NCBI GenBank assembly: GCA_044226625.1
Contig: JBGAGQ010000012.1
Location: forward strand, 54,073 to 118,072
DNA length: 64,000 bases
Reading direction: 5' to 3'
DNA from: Thermoanaerobaculia bacterium
Lineage (GTDB): Bacteria; Acidobacteriota; Thermoanaerobaculia; Multivoradales; UBA5704
Part shown: in pieces, positions 18,627-29,661 of the stretch
How the letters are laid out: every line of letters starts with the position of its first letter
Position numbering within the stretch: the first letter of the stretch is position 1
The notes under the pieces: model-generated
Seen by the model: only the letters and a program-made list of their open reading frames with translations
Database searches by the model: none
What the model was told of the DNA's origin: nothing
Position numbers and translations under genes: made by a program

Positions 18627-20938
18627 AAACTTTCCCGGGCATTAACCGTCTTGTTGTAGCAGGGTTTCGAGGAGCTACGTCGCGGCTTGAGATGGAACTC
18701 TCATCTGAACAGCCGTTCGTGGTGCTGTTTGGTGAGAACGGCAGCGGAAAGTCAACCTTGGTTGACGCGATCGAGTTCGCGCTGACGGGGACAAAAGGTT
18801 CCCTTAGCGACTTCAAGTCGACCTCGATCAAACACCTGGCTACCACCGGCACAGATTCTTCACCGCTAAGCGTGCTCCTCGAAGCGGGCGGAAAGACATG
18901 GTCCGGCAGGCTTGAGGGAAGCAAGCCTGAGCTTATGGGGCCGAAAGCGCGGCCTCGCATCGACATTCTCAGGCGGTCCCGTCTGACGAAGATTGTCGCT
19001 GCTGGCCCCACCGAACGCTTTGAGCAACTCGATAAGTTTGTGAACTGCGACCGAATCGTAAAGAGTGAAGAGGGACTCTCGGTGGCAGACAGGGAAGCAA
19101 AGAATCGCCTGGAGGAAGCGAGCAAGACAATCGAGGAATCGAGGAACTCCCTCCGTGAACTCTGGGATGAACAAGGGAGGCCGGACGGCGACGCGCTGAC
19201 CTGGGCGAGAAAGGAATCCTCATTGCCGTTTGACGGTGCCTCCGGAGGAGACTCGGTCCACCGATGGTTAACAACCTGTCAGCGGCTACTTGGCGATTTA
19301 GTTAGAGCTTGGGACAACAGAAAGGATGCCGAATCGAACCTGGCTGCAAGCACCTCCTCTCTGAGATCGACAGACTTTCAGGCGGGCGGCGACTCGGCAC
19401 CAGACGAATCAGATCTAATCCGAATATTGTCAGCGGCACGTGATTATTTTAAGAGTCAGGTCTTGGTTGACGCTTGCCCGCTCTGTCAGCAGGCTGTCAG
19501 AGTGGGTGAACTTCGCGCGCAAACCGATAACCGCCTTAGAGCGTTGCAGGAACAAATCGACCGGCTTGAGAGACGATCGGGGCTTCAAACGAAGATAGAA
19601 CGGCACCAGGTAGAGCTGAATCTCGCTGAATCCGCAGTGTCCGAAGCCGGAAAGGAGATTTCCCGCCAGACGGCAGAGCCGCCACTTTCCGTCGATGGTG
19701 AAATCGTGGGCGATCTTGTGAGGGTTTCCACCGCCGGAAAAGGAACTGACTTCGCCCCGGGTTCTTCGATTCGCCTAACCGCCGAGAGCTTAGGCAGGAG
19801 GATTGAGGAAGCCGCTCGTGCGATTTCGAGGGGCATCGAGCGTCGCAACCAAGTCGCAAGAGTGTGGAGACAACACGAGAAGGCTCTTCAGGAAGGCAAG
19901 CGGCTGGAAGACGAGGGCAAGAGGCTTGCGCGCTGCCTGCAACTCGTGCGTCGTAAACGACTGGAATTTGTGGACACTCTTCTCAGAGATGTCGCAGGCG
20001 AGGTCAACCGACTATATGGTGAGATTCATCCAGGTGAAACAGAATTGGGTGGTGCGCGGTTCTACCTCGATCCAAAACAGCGAGCCTCGCTGCATCAAGT
20101 GGTGAAGTTCGGCAACCAGGATGAGTTACCTCCCCAGGCGTGCTTTAGCGAGTCCCACCTATTAACCCTGGGTTTCTGTTTGTGGCTAGCGCTCGCAAAG
20201 CGTGAAAGACCTCAGGAAACGGTCATCGTGCTCGACGATGTGGTATTTGCCATTGACGGACCGCATATGAAGAGGCTGGCAGCGTTGATTTCTGTTGAGC
20301 GCAAGCATTTCGCTCAAGTGATTCTTACGACTCATTCTAGACGCTTTCTTCGCTACTTGCGCGACGGGATAGCGCCCAGCGGCAATATGGATCTCCGCAC
20401 TCTTAGATGGAGCCTCAGCGGTGGAATCGTTGAAGGCTCAACCCCACATCTCGCAGCAGATCTAGAGTCTGCGTTATCGAATCCATTGATTGACAGGCAG
20501 GCAATCGCCTCGAAAGCAGGCAATCTCCTTGAGATAATACTTCGACACTTTGCCTTGCTCTATCGGCGGCGAGTTCCATTTGCGGAACCGAATGAGCCCA
20601 ATCTCGCTGAACTTTTTGATTCTTGGACTGTCAAAGAGGCCAACCGCGTTGAAATACAGAGGAGGTCCGAAGACCAGAGCTATTCCCCGATTGGAAACCT
20701 CGGAGCGATCCTGACGAGGTTGCGAGACCTAAGAGACGTTCGTAATCTTGTCGGTGCGCATGCAAATGCGGAGGCGGACGAGGTTTCAGACGCCGAGGTT
20801 CAGGAGTTTGGCAGAACAGTCCTAGAGCTTTGGCGACTAGTTGTTTGCTCTTGCGGACAGATTCCGCAGAAGTCGAAAAATGGAGCCTTCTTCTGTCATT
20901 GCCGATGCCTCAGCTTACGGCCAGATCGTGTTGACTGA
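18623..20938 (+). CDS. Rad50/SMC-like ABC ATPase with zinc hook and C-terminal HEPN-like domain (RloC-like architecture)
   Basis: Walker A GENGSGKS, coiled coils around CPLC, signature FSESH, Walker B IVLDD, TTH switch, RNLVGAH motif, terminal Cys cluster. Confidence 0.85.
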   Translation: MKTFPGINRLVVAGFRGATSRLEMELSSEQPFVVLFGENGSGKSTLVDAIEFALTGTKGSLSDFKSTSIKHLATTGTDSSPLSVLLEAGGKTWSGRLEGSKPELMGPKARPRIDILRRSRLTKIVAAGPTERFEQLDKFVNCDRIVKSEEGLSVADREAKNRLEEASKTIEESRNSLRELWDEQGRPDGDALTWARKESSLPFDGASGGDSVHRWLTTCQRLLGDLVRAWDNRKDAESNLAASTSSLRSTDFQAGGDSAPDESDLIRILSAARDYFKSQVLVDACPLCQQAVRVGELRAQTDNRLRALQEQIDRLERRSGLQTKIERHQVELNLAESAVSEAGKEISRQTAEPPLSVDGEIVGDLVRVSTAGKGTDFAPGSSIRLTAESLGRRIEEAARAISRGIERRNQVARVWRQHEKALQEGKRLEDEGKRLARCLQLVRRKRLEFVDTLLRDVAGEVNRLYGEIHPGETELGGARFYLDPKQRASLHQVVKFGNQDELPPQACFSESHLLTLGFCLWLALAKRERPQETVIVLDDVVFAIDGPHMKRLAALISVERKHFAQVILTTHSRRFLRYLRDGIAPSGNMDLRTLRWSLSGGIVEGSTPHLAADLESALSNPLIDRQAIASKAGNLLEIILRHFALLYRRRVPFAEPNEPNLAELFDSWTVKEANRVEIQRRSEDQSYSPIGNLGAILTRLRDLRDVRNLVGAHANAEADEVSDAEVQEFGRTVLELWRLVVCSCGQIPQKSKNGAFFCHCRCLSLRPDRVD

Positions 20939-21067
20939 GTCGTCGGCGACCTTTCGTAGAACTCACGAGGAGGTTCCACTTTCAGGGGGAGTTTCATTGG
21001 GCGCGATGTGTCAGGAGCGGACTTCCTTAGGGTCACCTTCAGTGAAATTAACTCGACCGTGACCCAC

Positions 21068-21406
21068 ATGGCGTTAAGCGGTCACCTTGAAGCGGTCCGC
21101 TGGGCCTGCGGATCGGTCTTCGCGATTGCGGCGTTGGCCTTCCTCGCCTTTTTCGTCGCCCTCTACCGGGGCGAAGACGCGCTTCTGCCGATCGGCCTAA
21201 TGACGATCGCGTCTTTCGTCTTCTCGCAGCTCACCTCGTGGGTCTCTTTGCGTCTACTGCTCCGATGGCGAGCCCCGACTCGGGAGGATCGCAAGAGAAT
21301 TCGATACTGGACGTTGTGGGGCGGTGCATTCGGGTGGATCTTGGTGATCTGGACCTTGACGGACGTAGAAGCCACGCCCCCATTCTTCAAGGATTGGAAT
21401 CGGTGA
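21068..21406 (+). CDS. Small hypothetical membrane protein
   Basis: About three hydrophobic segments; start uncertain. Confidence 0.45.
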   Translation: MALSGHLEAVRWACGSVFAIAALAFLAFFVALYRGEDALLPIGLMTIASFVFSQLTSWVSLRLLLRWRAPTREDRKRIRYWTLWGGAFGWILVIWTLTDVEATPPFFKDWNR

Positions 21407-21467
21407 GCTAGATCCAGCTCCGATCCATCGACAGCGTGGAGGCTATCCCCCTTCGCCGCGACCTCCT

Positions 21468-22643
21468 TCAGCGCCCTTCGCCCCCGCCCACCCCCCGCCG
21501 AGCCAACATCTCCCGCTCCTCCGCCAACCATGCGCGTAGCTGCTGCTCCGTAGGCAGCTTTGTGAGGTACCGGGACACGAAGATCTGCCGCTCCAGGTTC
21601 CCGGTCGCGTAGTGGACCTCCTCGGCGTCCTTGTCGGCGCAGAGGATGATTCCGATCGGCGGGCTTTCGCCTTCGAGGCAGACGTTCTCCCGGAGATAGC
21701 CGAGGTAGAAGTTCATCTGCCCCGCGTCCTCGTGGCCGAAGGAGCCGATTTTGAGGTCGATCGCGACGAGGCAGCGCAGGCGGCGGTGGAAGAAGAGCAG
21801 GTCGATGAAGTGGTGGCGGCCGCCGACGGTGACTCGATATTGGCGGGCGAGGAAGGCAAAGTCTCCGCCCAGCTCCAGCAGGAACTGCTGGAGGTGCTCG
21901 ACCAGGGCCGACTCGAGGTCGGCTTCGGAATAGACGGGCTTTTCGGGCAGGCCGAGGAACTCGAGCACGTACGGGTCGCGGATGTTGACGCGCGGCGTGT
22001 CGGGGAGGCGCCCTTCGTTCGCGAGCGCGAGGACCGCCTCGCGGTCGCGCGACAGGCCCGCGCGCTCGAAGAGCATCGAGTCACGCTGCCTTTTGAGCTC
22101 GCGCAGGCTCCACCGGTGCGCCAGCGCCTGCGTCTCGTAGAAGGCTCGGGCGAGAGGATCCCCCACGCGCGACAGCTCGAGCAGGTGTGAGAACGACAGC
22201 TCGCCGCGCAGGCGGGCCATCCAGTCCTCGTCCTGCCAGGTCATCGCCCCGGCCTCCGTGGGTAAGGCCGGGAGGGCGGTTCCGGGCGGGACCGCGCCCA
22301 GGTCGAGCGGCAGGCGAGATTCACCAGACGGTGTCTGGCGAATGCCCAGACGCGGCCAGGTGAGAGCGATCTGCCGATAGTTGCGGAGGTTCGAAGAGCC
22401 GAGCCCGGCGATGCCGCGGCTTTCGAACGCCTGCGCGAGCGAGGGGATCAGCCTCTCGCCGTAGCGCGCCCGATCCGCCCCCTGCTGCTCGTAGGTCACG
22501 ATCCAGAAGCCGATCAGCCAGTTCCGGAGCGTCAGGATCTCGTCGATCGATCGCGCCGCCGCCTCCCGCGACCGGGATTGCAGCGCGGACAGGGCGTCGA
22601 CCAGAAGGCCGAAATTCGACCAGGGCTCGAGCGCGGGCGTCAC
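21468..22643 (-). CDS. yhcG: YhcG/DUF1016 PD-(D/E)xK nuclease-domain protein
   Basis: NWLIGFWIV, LSFSH, IRDPYVLEFLGL, FIDLLFFHRRLRCLVAIDLK, GQMNFYL, PIGIILC. Confidence 0.92.
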   Translation of the reverse strand: MTPALEPWSNFGLLVDALSALQSRSREAAARSIDEILTLRNWLIGFWIVTYEQQGADRARYGERLIPSLAQAFESRGIAGLGSSNLRNYRQIALTWPRLGIRQTPSGESRLPLDLGAVPPGTALPALPTEAGAMTWQDEDWMARLRGELSFSHLLELSRVGDPLARAFYETQALAHRWSLRELKRQRDSMLFERAGLSRDREAVLALANEGRLPDTPRVNIRDPYVLEFLGLPEKPVYSEADLESALVEHLQQFLLELGGDFAFLARQYRVTVGGRHHFIDLLFFHRRLRCLVAIDLKIGSFGHEDAGQMNFYLGYLRENVCLEGESPPIGIILCADKDAEEVHYATGNLERQIFVSRYLTKLPTEQQLRAWLAEEREMLARRGVGGGEGR

Positions 22644-22762
22644 GAACGAACGATATCCGATGGGCTCTTGAAGAGGCCTGGACCTTCGGTCCGTCGGCGA
22701 GGGACGGGCGGCGTGGGGCGGGCAAGGGGAGTACAATTGCTGCGGAGATCGGAGGATTCGCA

Positions 22763-23005
22763 ATGCCGAACGGCAGCGTTCAACTTGACCCGCAGACCGC
22801 GATCGCTGTCGAACGCTTGGCTCTGCGCAGGGATCAGAGCGCTTCCGAGGTCGTACGCGAAGCGATCGCGATGCTGTCTTCTCAGGAAGAGGGCTCCGCG
22901 TACGAACGCGTTGGGGACCTGATCGGCTGCGTCAGCGGGGGTCCTTCTGATCTATCCGAAGAGACCGGGAAAAAGTTCCGCGCGATTCTCGCCAAGACAG
23001 CATGA
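22763..23005 (+). CDS. vapB: Ribbon-helix-helix (CopG-like) antitoxin
   Basis: SVQLD...SASEVVREAI; GCVSGGPSDLS tail; ATGA overlap with the PIN gene. Confidence 0.85.
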   Translation: MPNGSVQLDPQTAIAVERLALRRDQSASEVVREAIAMLSSQEEGSAYERVGDLIGCVSGGPSDLSEETGKKFRAILAKTA

Positions 23006-23406
23006 TCCTGGTGGACGCAGGCCCTCTGGTCGCTCTGATACACGCAGACGACCGCCATCACCAGGTGTGCAGAGATGTCTTCAGACAACTCTCTGAGCCG
23101 CTCGTCTCTGTCTGGCCGGCGGTCGTAGAGGCCATGTACCTTCTCGACTTTTCGTGGCGAGCGCAGGACGCCTTGTGGGAGTTCCTACACCGGCGCGCGC
23201 TTACCCTGCTTCCGCTGGGGCAAGACGACGTAACCAGGATGCGGGCATTGATGGAGAAATATCGAGACCTGCCTATGGACTTGGCCGATGCCGCCCTCGT
23301 GCGAGTTGCGGAGCGCGAGCGGATACGTCGGATCTTCACCCTGGACCGCCGCGACTTCGCAATCTACCGGCCGGATCGCTTGGAGGCGTTCGAGATACTG
23401 CCCTGA
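23002..23406 (+). CDS. vapC: PIN-domain toxin
   Basis: ILVDAGPLVAL, VEAMYLL, MDLADAALV, IFTLDRRDF. Confidence 0.92.
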   Translation: MILVDAGPLVALIHADDRHHQVCRDVFRQLSEPLVSVWPAVVEAMYLLDFSWRAQDALWEFLHRRALTLLPLGQDDVTRMRALMEKYRDLPMDLADAALVRVAERERIRRIFTLDRRDFAIYRPDRLEAFEILP

Positions 23407-23446
23407 GGATAGGGTCCATTCTCGGAGCCTCCGGGAAGGACGATCT

Positions 23447-24058
23447 TCAGGGACCCTCTCCCCAGCGAAGCCCGGGGCCTTCGGTCTCGAGGCCGAGCCG
23501 ATCGAGGATCCGCAGGGCGTAATGGTCGAGGAACCGCGGCAGGTCCTCGCCGCCGATGTAGAACGCCGGGACCGGCGGCAGGATCGTCGCTCCGGCGATC
23601 AGCAGGCGCCGCATGTTCTCGATGTGGACGAGGCTGTAGGGGGTCTCGCGAAAGCCGAGGACGAGCGGCCAACGCTCTTTGAGCGCCACCGCCCCCACGC
23701 GGTGGATCAACGTGCGGGCCGAGCCGGTCGCGAGCGCCCCGAGGGTTCCCGCGCTGCACGGCAAGACGACCGCCCCGGCGATTCGATAGGAACCGGAGGC
23801 GATCGGCGCGTCGAGCTCGTTGTCGCGGTGGAGAAGGATCTTCTCCCGCTCGGAAGACGTCAGGCCCGCCGCTTCGACCAGGTCGGCGGCTCCCGCCCGA
23901 TCCGGACCGAGCTCGTGGCGGAGCACCTGGCTCGCGCCGGCGGAGACCGCGAGATGGATGCGCTCGATCTCGGGCCGCGCGGCGAGGGTTCCGAGGACGT
24001 GTCGGGGAAGGAGCATCCCCGACGCGCCGGACACGAGGAGGGCGACGCGGCGGCTCAT
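23447..24058 (-). CDS. ubiX: UbiX flavin prenyltransferase
   Basis: SGASG, APIASGS, PCSAGTL, ALKER, RETP, PPVPAFY. Confidence 0.93.
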   Translation of the reverse strand: MSRRVALLVSGASGMLLPRHVLGTLAARPEIERIHLAVSAGASQVLRHELGPDRAGAADLVEAAGLTSSEREKILLHRDNELDAPIASGSYRIAGAVVLPCSAGTLGALATGSARTLIHRVGAVALKERWPLVLGFRETPYSLVHIENMRRLLIAGATILPPVPAFYIGGEDLPRFLDHYALRILDRLGLETEGPGLRWGEGP

Positions 24059-25119
24059 TTGGGCGAAGAAGGTGGAGCGACGGCGACGGCCGCCAGCGCC
24101 GAGTCGGTCAGCGGCGGAGAGCCGCCCTCCGAGAAACCCGGGGAGCTGCCGTCCGCGGATCCCGGGGATCCACTGGATCCCAAGACGCGCACCTCGTGCT
24201 GCGGGAAGGGGATCTCGACGCCGGAGTCCCGGAAGCGCCGGTAGATCGCGAAGTAGAGCTCGCTCTTGAGCGTCGCCGGCGTGCGCAAGTGCTCGCTGGT
24301 CCAGACCCGGAGCTGGAACAGGAGCGCGCTGTCGCCGAAGCCGAGGAAGACCACGTCGGGCGGCGGATCCTTGAGCACTCCCGCGTGACTCAGGGCGACC
24401 TCGATCAGCATGTCGCGCACGGTCTCCGGCTCGCTCGCGTAGGCGACGCCCAGATCGAGCGAAAAGCGGGCGAGCCGGCCGTGGGCGGTCCAGTTCGTGA
24501 CCCGCGCGGTGAGCTCCGAGTTCGGCACCAGGATCACCACGTTGTCGTTGGTCTGCACCCAGGTCGTGCGGGCGCCGATCTTCTTGACGTCGCCGAGCAG
24601 GTTCGAGACCTCGATCCGGTCGCCCACCTTCACCCCCCGCTCGACCAGCAGGATCAGCCCGGAGACGAAATCTTTCGCGATCGATTGGAGACCGAAACCG
24701 ATGCCGAAGCCGATCGCTCCGCCGACGATCGCGAAGCTGCTCAGGTCGATACCCGCGGCTTCGAGCCCGACCAGGATCCCGACCAGGAACACCGCGTAGC
24801 CCGAGCCGCGGGCGATCGCGTACTTCTGGCCTTCGTCGATCGAGGTCCGCGCGAGGATCCGCTTCTCGAGGAATCGGGCCCACGAACGGGCGATCAGGTT
24901 CAGGAGGATGAGGAAAACGGCGGCCTTGAGCAGGAACGCGGGCGAGATCGGAAGGCTGCCGAGCTCGAAGAGCGGCTGCGACCAGAGGTTGCGCGCGTCG
25001 GCCTGCAGGCGGTCGACGCCTCCCAAGAGGTGCTTTTCGCGCAGCAGGCCGAAGCCCAGACCGGCCAGCAGCAGTAGAGCGCCGACGCCAAGCGAAACGC
25101 GGCTCAATCCCTTGGTCAT
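24055..25119 (-). CDS. mscS: Small-conductance mechanosensitive channel
   Basis: GIGFGLQ, VKVGDRIEV, LVPNSEL, IPFPQ. Confidence 0.92.
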   Translation of the reverse strand: MTKGLSRVSLGVGALLLLAGLGFGLLREKHLLGGVDRLQADARNLWSQPLFELGSLPISPAFLLKAAVFLILLNLIARSWARFLEKRILARTSIDEGQKYAIARGSGYAVFLVGILVGLEAAGIDLSSFAIVGGAIGFGIGFGLQSIAKDFVSGLILLVERGVKVGDRIEVSNLLGDVKKIGARTTWVQTNDNVVILVPNSELTARVTNWTAHGRLARFSLDLGVAYASEPETVRDMLIEVALSHAGVLKDPPPDVVFLGFGDSALLFQLRVWTSEHLRTPATLKSELYFAIYRRFRDSGVEIPFPQHEVRVLGSSGSPGSADGSSPGFSEGGSPPLTDSALAAVAVAPPSSPK

Positions 25120-25135
25120 CGGCCCCCCTCTCCGG

Positions 25136-26521
25136 TCAGAACGGGAACTCCAGGTTGTACGAATAGCGCCCGCGCTGGACCACCAACGGCAAGCCGCCGC
25201 GGTCGAAGCCGCGAAGCACCTCTTCGCCCAGACCGTCCAGGTCTTTGAGCTCGCGCCCGTTCGCGCCCAGGATCCCGTCTCCGGGGCGGAGGCCCGCGCG
25301 CTCGGCGGCGCTGTTGCGGGCGACCCGCTGGACGACCATCGCGTCGCCGTCGAACCCGACCGAAAGGCCGATCTGGTCTTCGAGGATGCGCAGGCCCAGT
25401 CCCTTGGGCGGAGCGGCGGGCGACAGGGTCACCTTGAGCGGCTTGCCCGAACGCCGAACTTCGAGAGGGAGGCCGCGGCCGGCGGGGAGCGAATAGAGCT
25501 CGGTCGTGACGTCCTCACGGGCGGCCACCATGCGACCCCCCGCGGAGGTCACGAGATCGCCTTCGGCGAGGCCGGCCTGCGCGGCCGGCGAGCCCGGGTA
25601 GACCTTAAAGACCAGCGCGCCGCGCGAGGCGTCGAGGTCGTAACGGCGGGCGAGCTCGGCGTCGAGCGTGAGCAGCCGGAGGCCGGTCCAGAGCGGCCGG
25701 AGCTCGCCGAAACGGAGGAGGTCGTCGACGATCCGCCGCGCGCGGTCGGCGGGGATCGCGAAACCGACGCTGTTGGCCCCCGAGACGATCGCCGTGTTGA
25801 TGCCGATCACCTCGCCGAGGATGTTGACCAGCGGCCCGCCCGAGTTGCCCGGGTTGATCGAGGCGTCGGTCTGGAGGAAATCGGTGAACGTCCGCTCGCC
25901 GCTTTCGGAGGGGACCGAGCGACCGCGCGCCGAGAGCACGCCGGCGGTCACCGAGTTCGAGAGGCCGAAGGGATTGCCGATCGCCACCACGCTCTCGCCG
26001 ATCATCAGGTCGCCGCTCGTGCCGAGAGGCACCGAGGGGAGCCCTTTGACGTCGCGGACGTTCAGTACCGCGAGGTCCGCGTCGTGATCGAAACCGAGCA
26101 CGTCGGCGTCCAGCTCCCGCCCGTCGAGCAGCGTGACGACGATCTTCGAGGCGCCCTCGACGACGTGGGCGTTCGTCACCACGATCCCCGACGGATCGAT
26201 CACGAAACCCGATCCGAGAGATTGGGAGCGGCGGCTGCGCGAGCCGAAAAATTGGCCGAAGAAGGGATCGACCTCGCGGACGATCGACTCCGCCGAGATG
26301 TTGACCACCGCCGGCGCGACCTTTTCGACCACCGCGACGACGGGGGTGCGGCGGGCGGCGAGGCTCTCCGAGCGAGACCCCGCGGCGGCGGCCGGGGGGG
26401 CTAGGGCGGCCATGGGGGAGTCTTGCGGCCGGGGGTTCGAGCGAAGCGCCACCAAGGCGCAGAGAGCGGCGAAGAGCAGGAGGAGAGCGAGCGGAGCGGC
26501 GACCGGAACAGTCCTCTTCAT
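25136..26521 (-). CDS. HtrA/DegP serine protease with two PDZ domains
   Basis: TNAHVV, DLAVL, INPGNSGGPL; PDZ motifs. Confidence 0.93.
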   Translation of the reverse strand: MKRTVPVAAPLALLLLFAALCALVALRSNPRPQDSPMAALAPPAAAAGSRSESLAARRTPVVAVVEKVAPAVVNISAESIVREVDPFFGQFFGSRSRRSQSLGSGFVIDPSGIVVTNAHVVEGASKIVVTLLDGRELDADVLGFDHDADLAVLNVRDVKGLPSVPLGTSGDLMIGESVVAIGNPFGLSNSVTAGVLSARGRSVPSESGERTFTDFLQTDASINPGNSGGPLVNILGEVIGINTAIVSGANSVGFAIPADRARRIVDDLLRFGELRPLWTGLRLLTLDAELARRYDLDASRGALVFKVYPGSPAAQAGLAEGDLVTSAGGRMVAAREDVTTELYSLPAGRGLPLEVRRSGKPLKVTLSPAAPPKGLGLRILEDQIGLSVGFDGDAMVVQRVARNSAAERAGLRPGDGILGANGRELKDLDGLGEEVLRGFDRGGLPLVVQRGRYSYNLEFPF

Positions 26522-26596
26522 TCGCCGTAGATTAGAATACGACGCGCTCCGGGTGGAAGCGGAGCGGGCAAGACCCAGCTGCGAGGAGGCCCCATC

Positions 26597-28000
<1,404 letters not shown>

Positions 28001-28001
28001 C

Positions 28002-29567
28002 ATGAAGGCCTTCCACGTTTCCTGCGGCCTGCTCGCGCTCCTCGCTGCGTTCGGACCCGCGGCCTCCTCGGCGAAGAGCGCCGTCAAGAAGAAGCCGCCC
28101 CAGAAACCCGTCCCCAAGGTGGTGCAGGCCGCGCCGGTCGACCCGCGGATCGAGACGATCGCGGTGCCGAGCCCGAATTCGCCGATGGTCGCGGTGCGCC
28201 TGCTGTTCCGGGTCGGCTCGATGGACGATCCCGCCGGCAAGGAAGGGCTCGCGGCGCTCACCGGTCTGATGCTCGGCCAAGGGGGAACGACCGAGCGCAG
28301 CTACGCCCAGCTGATCGAGGCGCTCTATCCGCTCGCCGCGTCCATCGGCGTCTCGACCGACCGCGAGGTCACGACGATCGCGGGCGAGGTCCATCGCGAC
28401 AAGTTGGCGGATTTCACCTCGCTCCTGGTCGAGGCCGTCACCCACCCCGCGTTCTCGCAGGCCGATTTCGAGCGCAACCGGGAGCAGCTCGAGGTCTTCC
28501 TCTCGACCACCCTCCGCTCGTCGAACGACGAGCTCCTGGGCATCGAGGCGCTCCAGCAGCGGCTCTTCGCCGGCCATCCGTACGGCCACGAGCCGGCGGG
28601 CACGATCCAGGGGCTCAAGAGCCTCACGCTCGACGACGTGAAGCGCTTCTATCAGGAGAGCTTCACCCGCAGCCGGCTGGTGCTCGGCGTGGGAGGCGGG
28701 TATCCCGACGGCTGGATCGCCCAGCTCAAGGGGGGCCTCGCGAAGCTGCCGCTCGGCACCGCCGTGGCGCGCGACCTGCCGGCGCCGCCGAGCGTTTCCG
28801 GCCGCCGGATCGCGCTGGTCGAGAAGGCGACCGCCTCGGTCGGAATCCACTTCGGCTTCCCGCTCGCCCTTACCCGCAAAGACCCGGACTACTACCCGCT
28901 GATGGTCGCCGCGAGCTTCCTCGGCGAGCATCGGACGTCGCACGGCGTCCTCTACGAAGAGCTGCGGGAAAAGCGCGGCTTGAACTACGGCGACTACGCG
29001 TATCTCGAGTTCTATCCGCGTCCGCCTTTCTCCAACTCCCCGGCGCCGGGTTTTCCCCGCCGGCAACAGTATTTCTCGATCTGGATCCGCCCGGTCCAGC
29101 CCGCGGATGCGCAGTTCGCCCTGCGCGCGGCGCTCTACGAGCTCGAAAAGCTGATTCGGGACGGCATGACCCCGGCGGATTTCGAGCTCACGCGCTCCTT
29201 CCTCACCAACTACACGAAGCTCTGGACCCAGACGCTCTCCGACCGCCTGGGCTTCGCGCTCGACAGCCGCTACTACGACATGTCGCCGTTCGTCGACGAG
29301 GTGGAGCAACGTCTCGCCAAGCTGACCGTCGACGACGTCAATCGGGCGATCCGAAAATATCTGCAGACGAACAACCTGCAGATCGTGTTCGTCACCTCGG
29401 GAGCCGAGGAGCTGAAAGCGGGGATCGAGCGCGACGTGCCCGTGCCCAAGAAGTATGGAACCGAGGTCTCGGCGGAGCTGCTGGCCGAAGACGAGCTGAT
29501 CCAGCGGACCAAGATCAAGCCCGCCTCGGTCGAGGTCGTTCCGGTCGACCGGATGTTCGAGAAGTAG
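28002..29567 (+). CDS. M16 peptidase, non-catalytic partner subunit
   Basis: Signal peptide; lacks HxxEH; LREKRGLNYG (R/Y pair). Confidence 0.9.
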   Translation: MKAFHVSCGLLALLAAFGPAASSAKSAVKKKPPQKPVPKVVQAAPVDPRIETIAVPSPNSPMVAVRLLFRVGSMDDPAGKEGLAALTGLMLGQGGTTERSYAQLIEALYPLAASIGVSTDREVTTIAGEVHRDKLADFTSLLVEAVTHPAFSQADFERNREQLEVFLSTTLRSSNDELLGIEALQQRLFAGHPYGHEPAGTIQGLKSLTLDDVKRFYQESFTRSRLVLGVGGGYPDGWIAQLKGGLAKLPLGTAVARDLPAPPSVSGRRIALVEKATASVGIHFGFPLALTRKDPDYYPLMVAASFLGEHRTSHGVLYEELREKRGLNYGDYAYLEFYPRPPFSNSPAPGFPRRQQYFSIWIRPVQPADAQFALRAALYELEKLIRDGMTPADFELTRSFLTNYTKLWTQTLSDRLGFALDSRYYDMSPFVDEVEQRLAKLTVDDVNRAIRKYLQTNNLQIVFVTSGAEELKAGIERDVPVPKKYGTEVSAELLAEDELIQRTKIKPASVEVVPVDRMFEK

Positions 29568-29603
29568 GCGGGGGACTCCTCGCCGACGAAGCGCTTCAAG
29601 AGA

Positions 29604-29624
29604 GGGAGGGGTTCTTCCCCTCCC
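29604..29624. terminator. Hairpin between convergent genes
   Basis: GGGAGGGG-TTCTT-CCCCTCCC. Confidence 0.45.
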
Positions 29625-29661
29625 CCTCCTCGGAGGCGCTAGAGATCACCTCTCGCCCGGA

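Noticed and set aside
15565-20938. Complete DISARM, type III RM or Wadjet system
   Set aside because: No methyltransferase, DrmA/B/C, Res or JetABD partners are visible.
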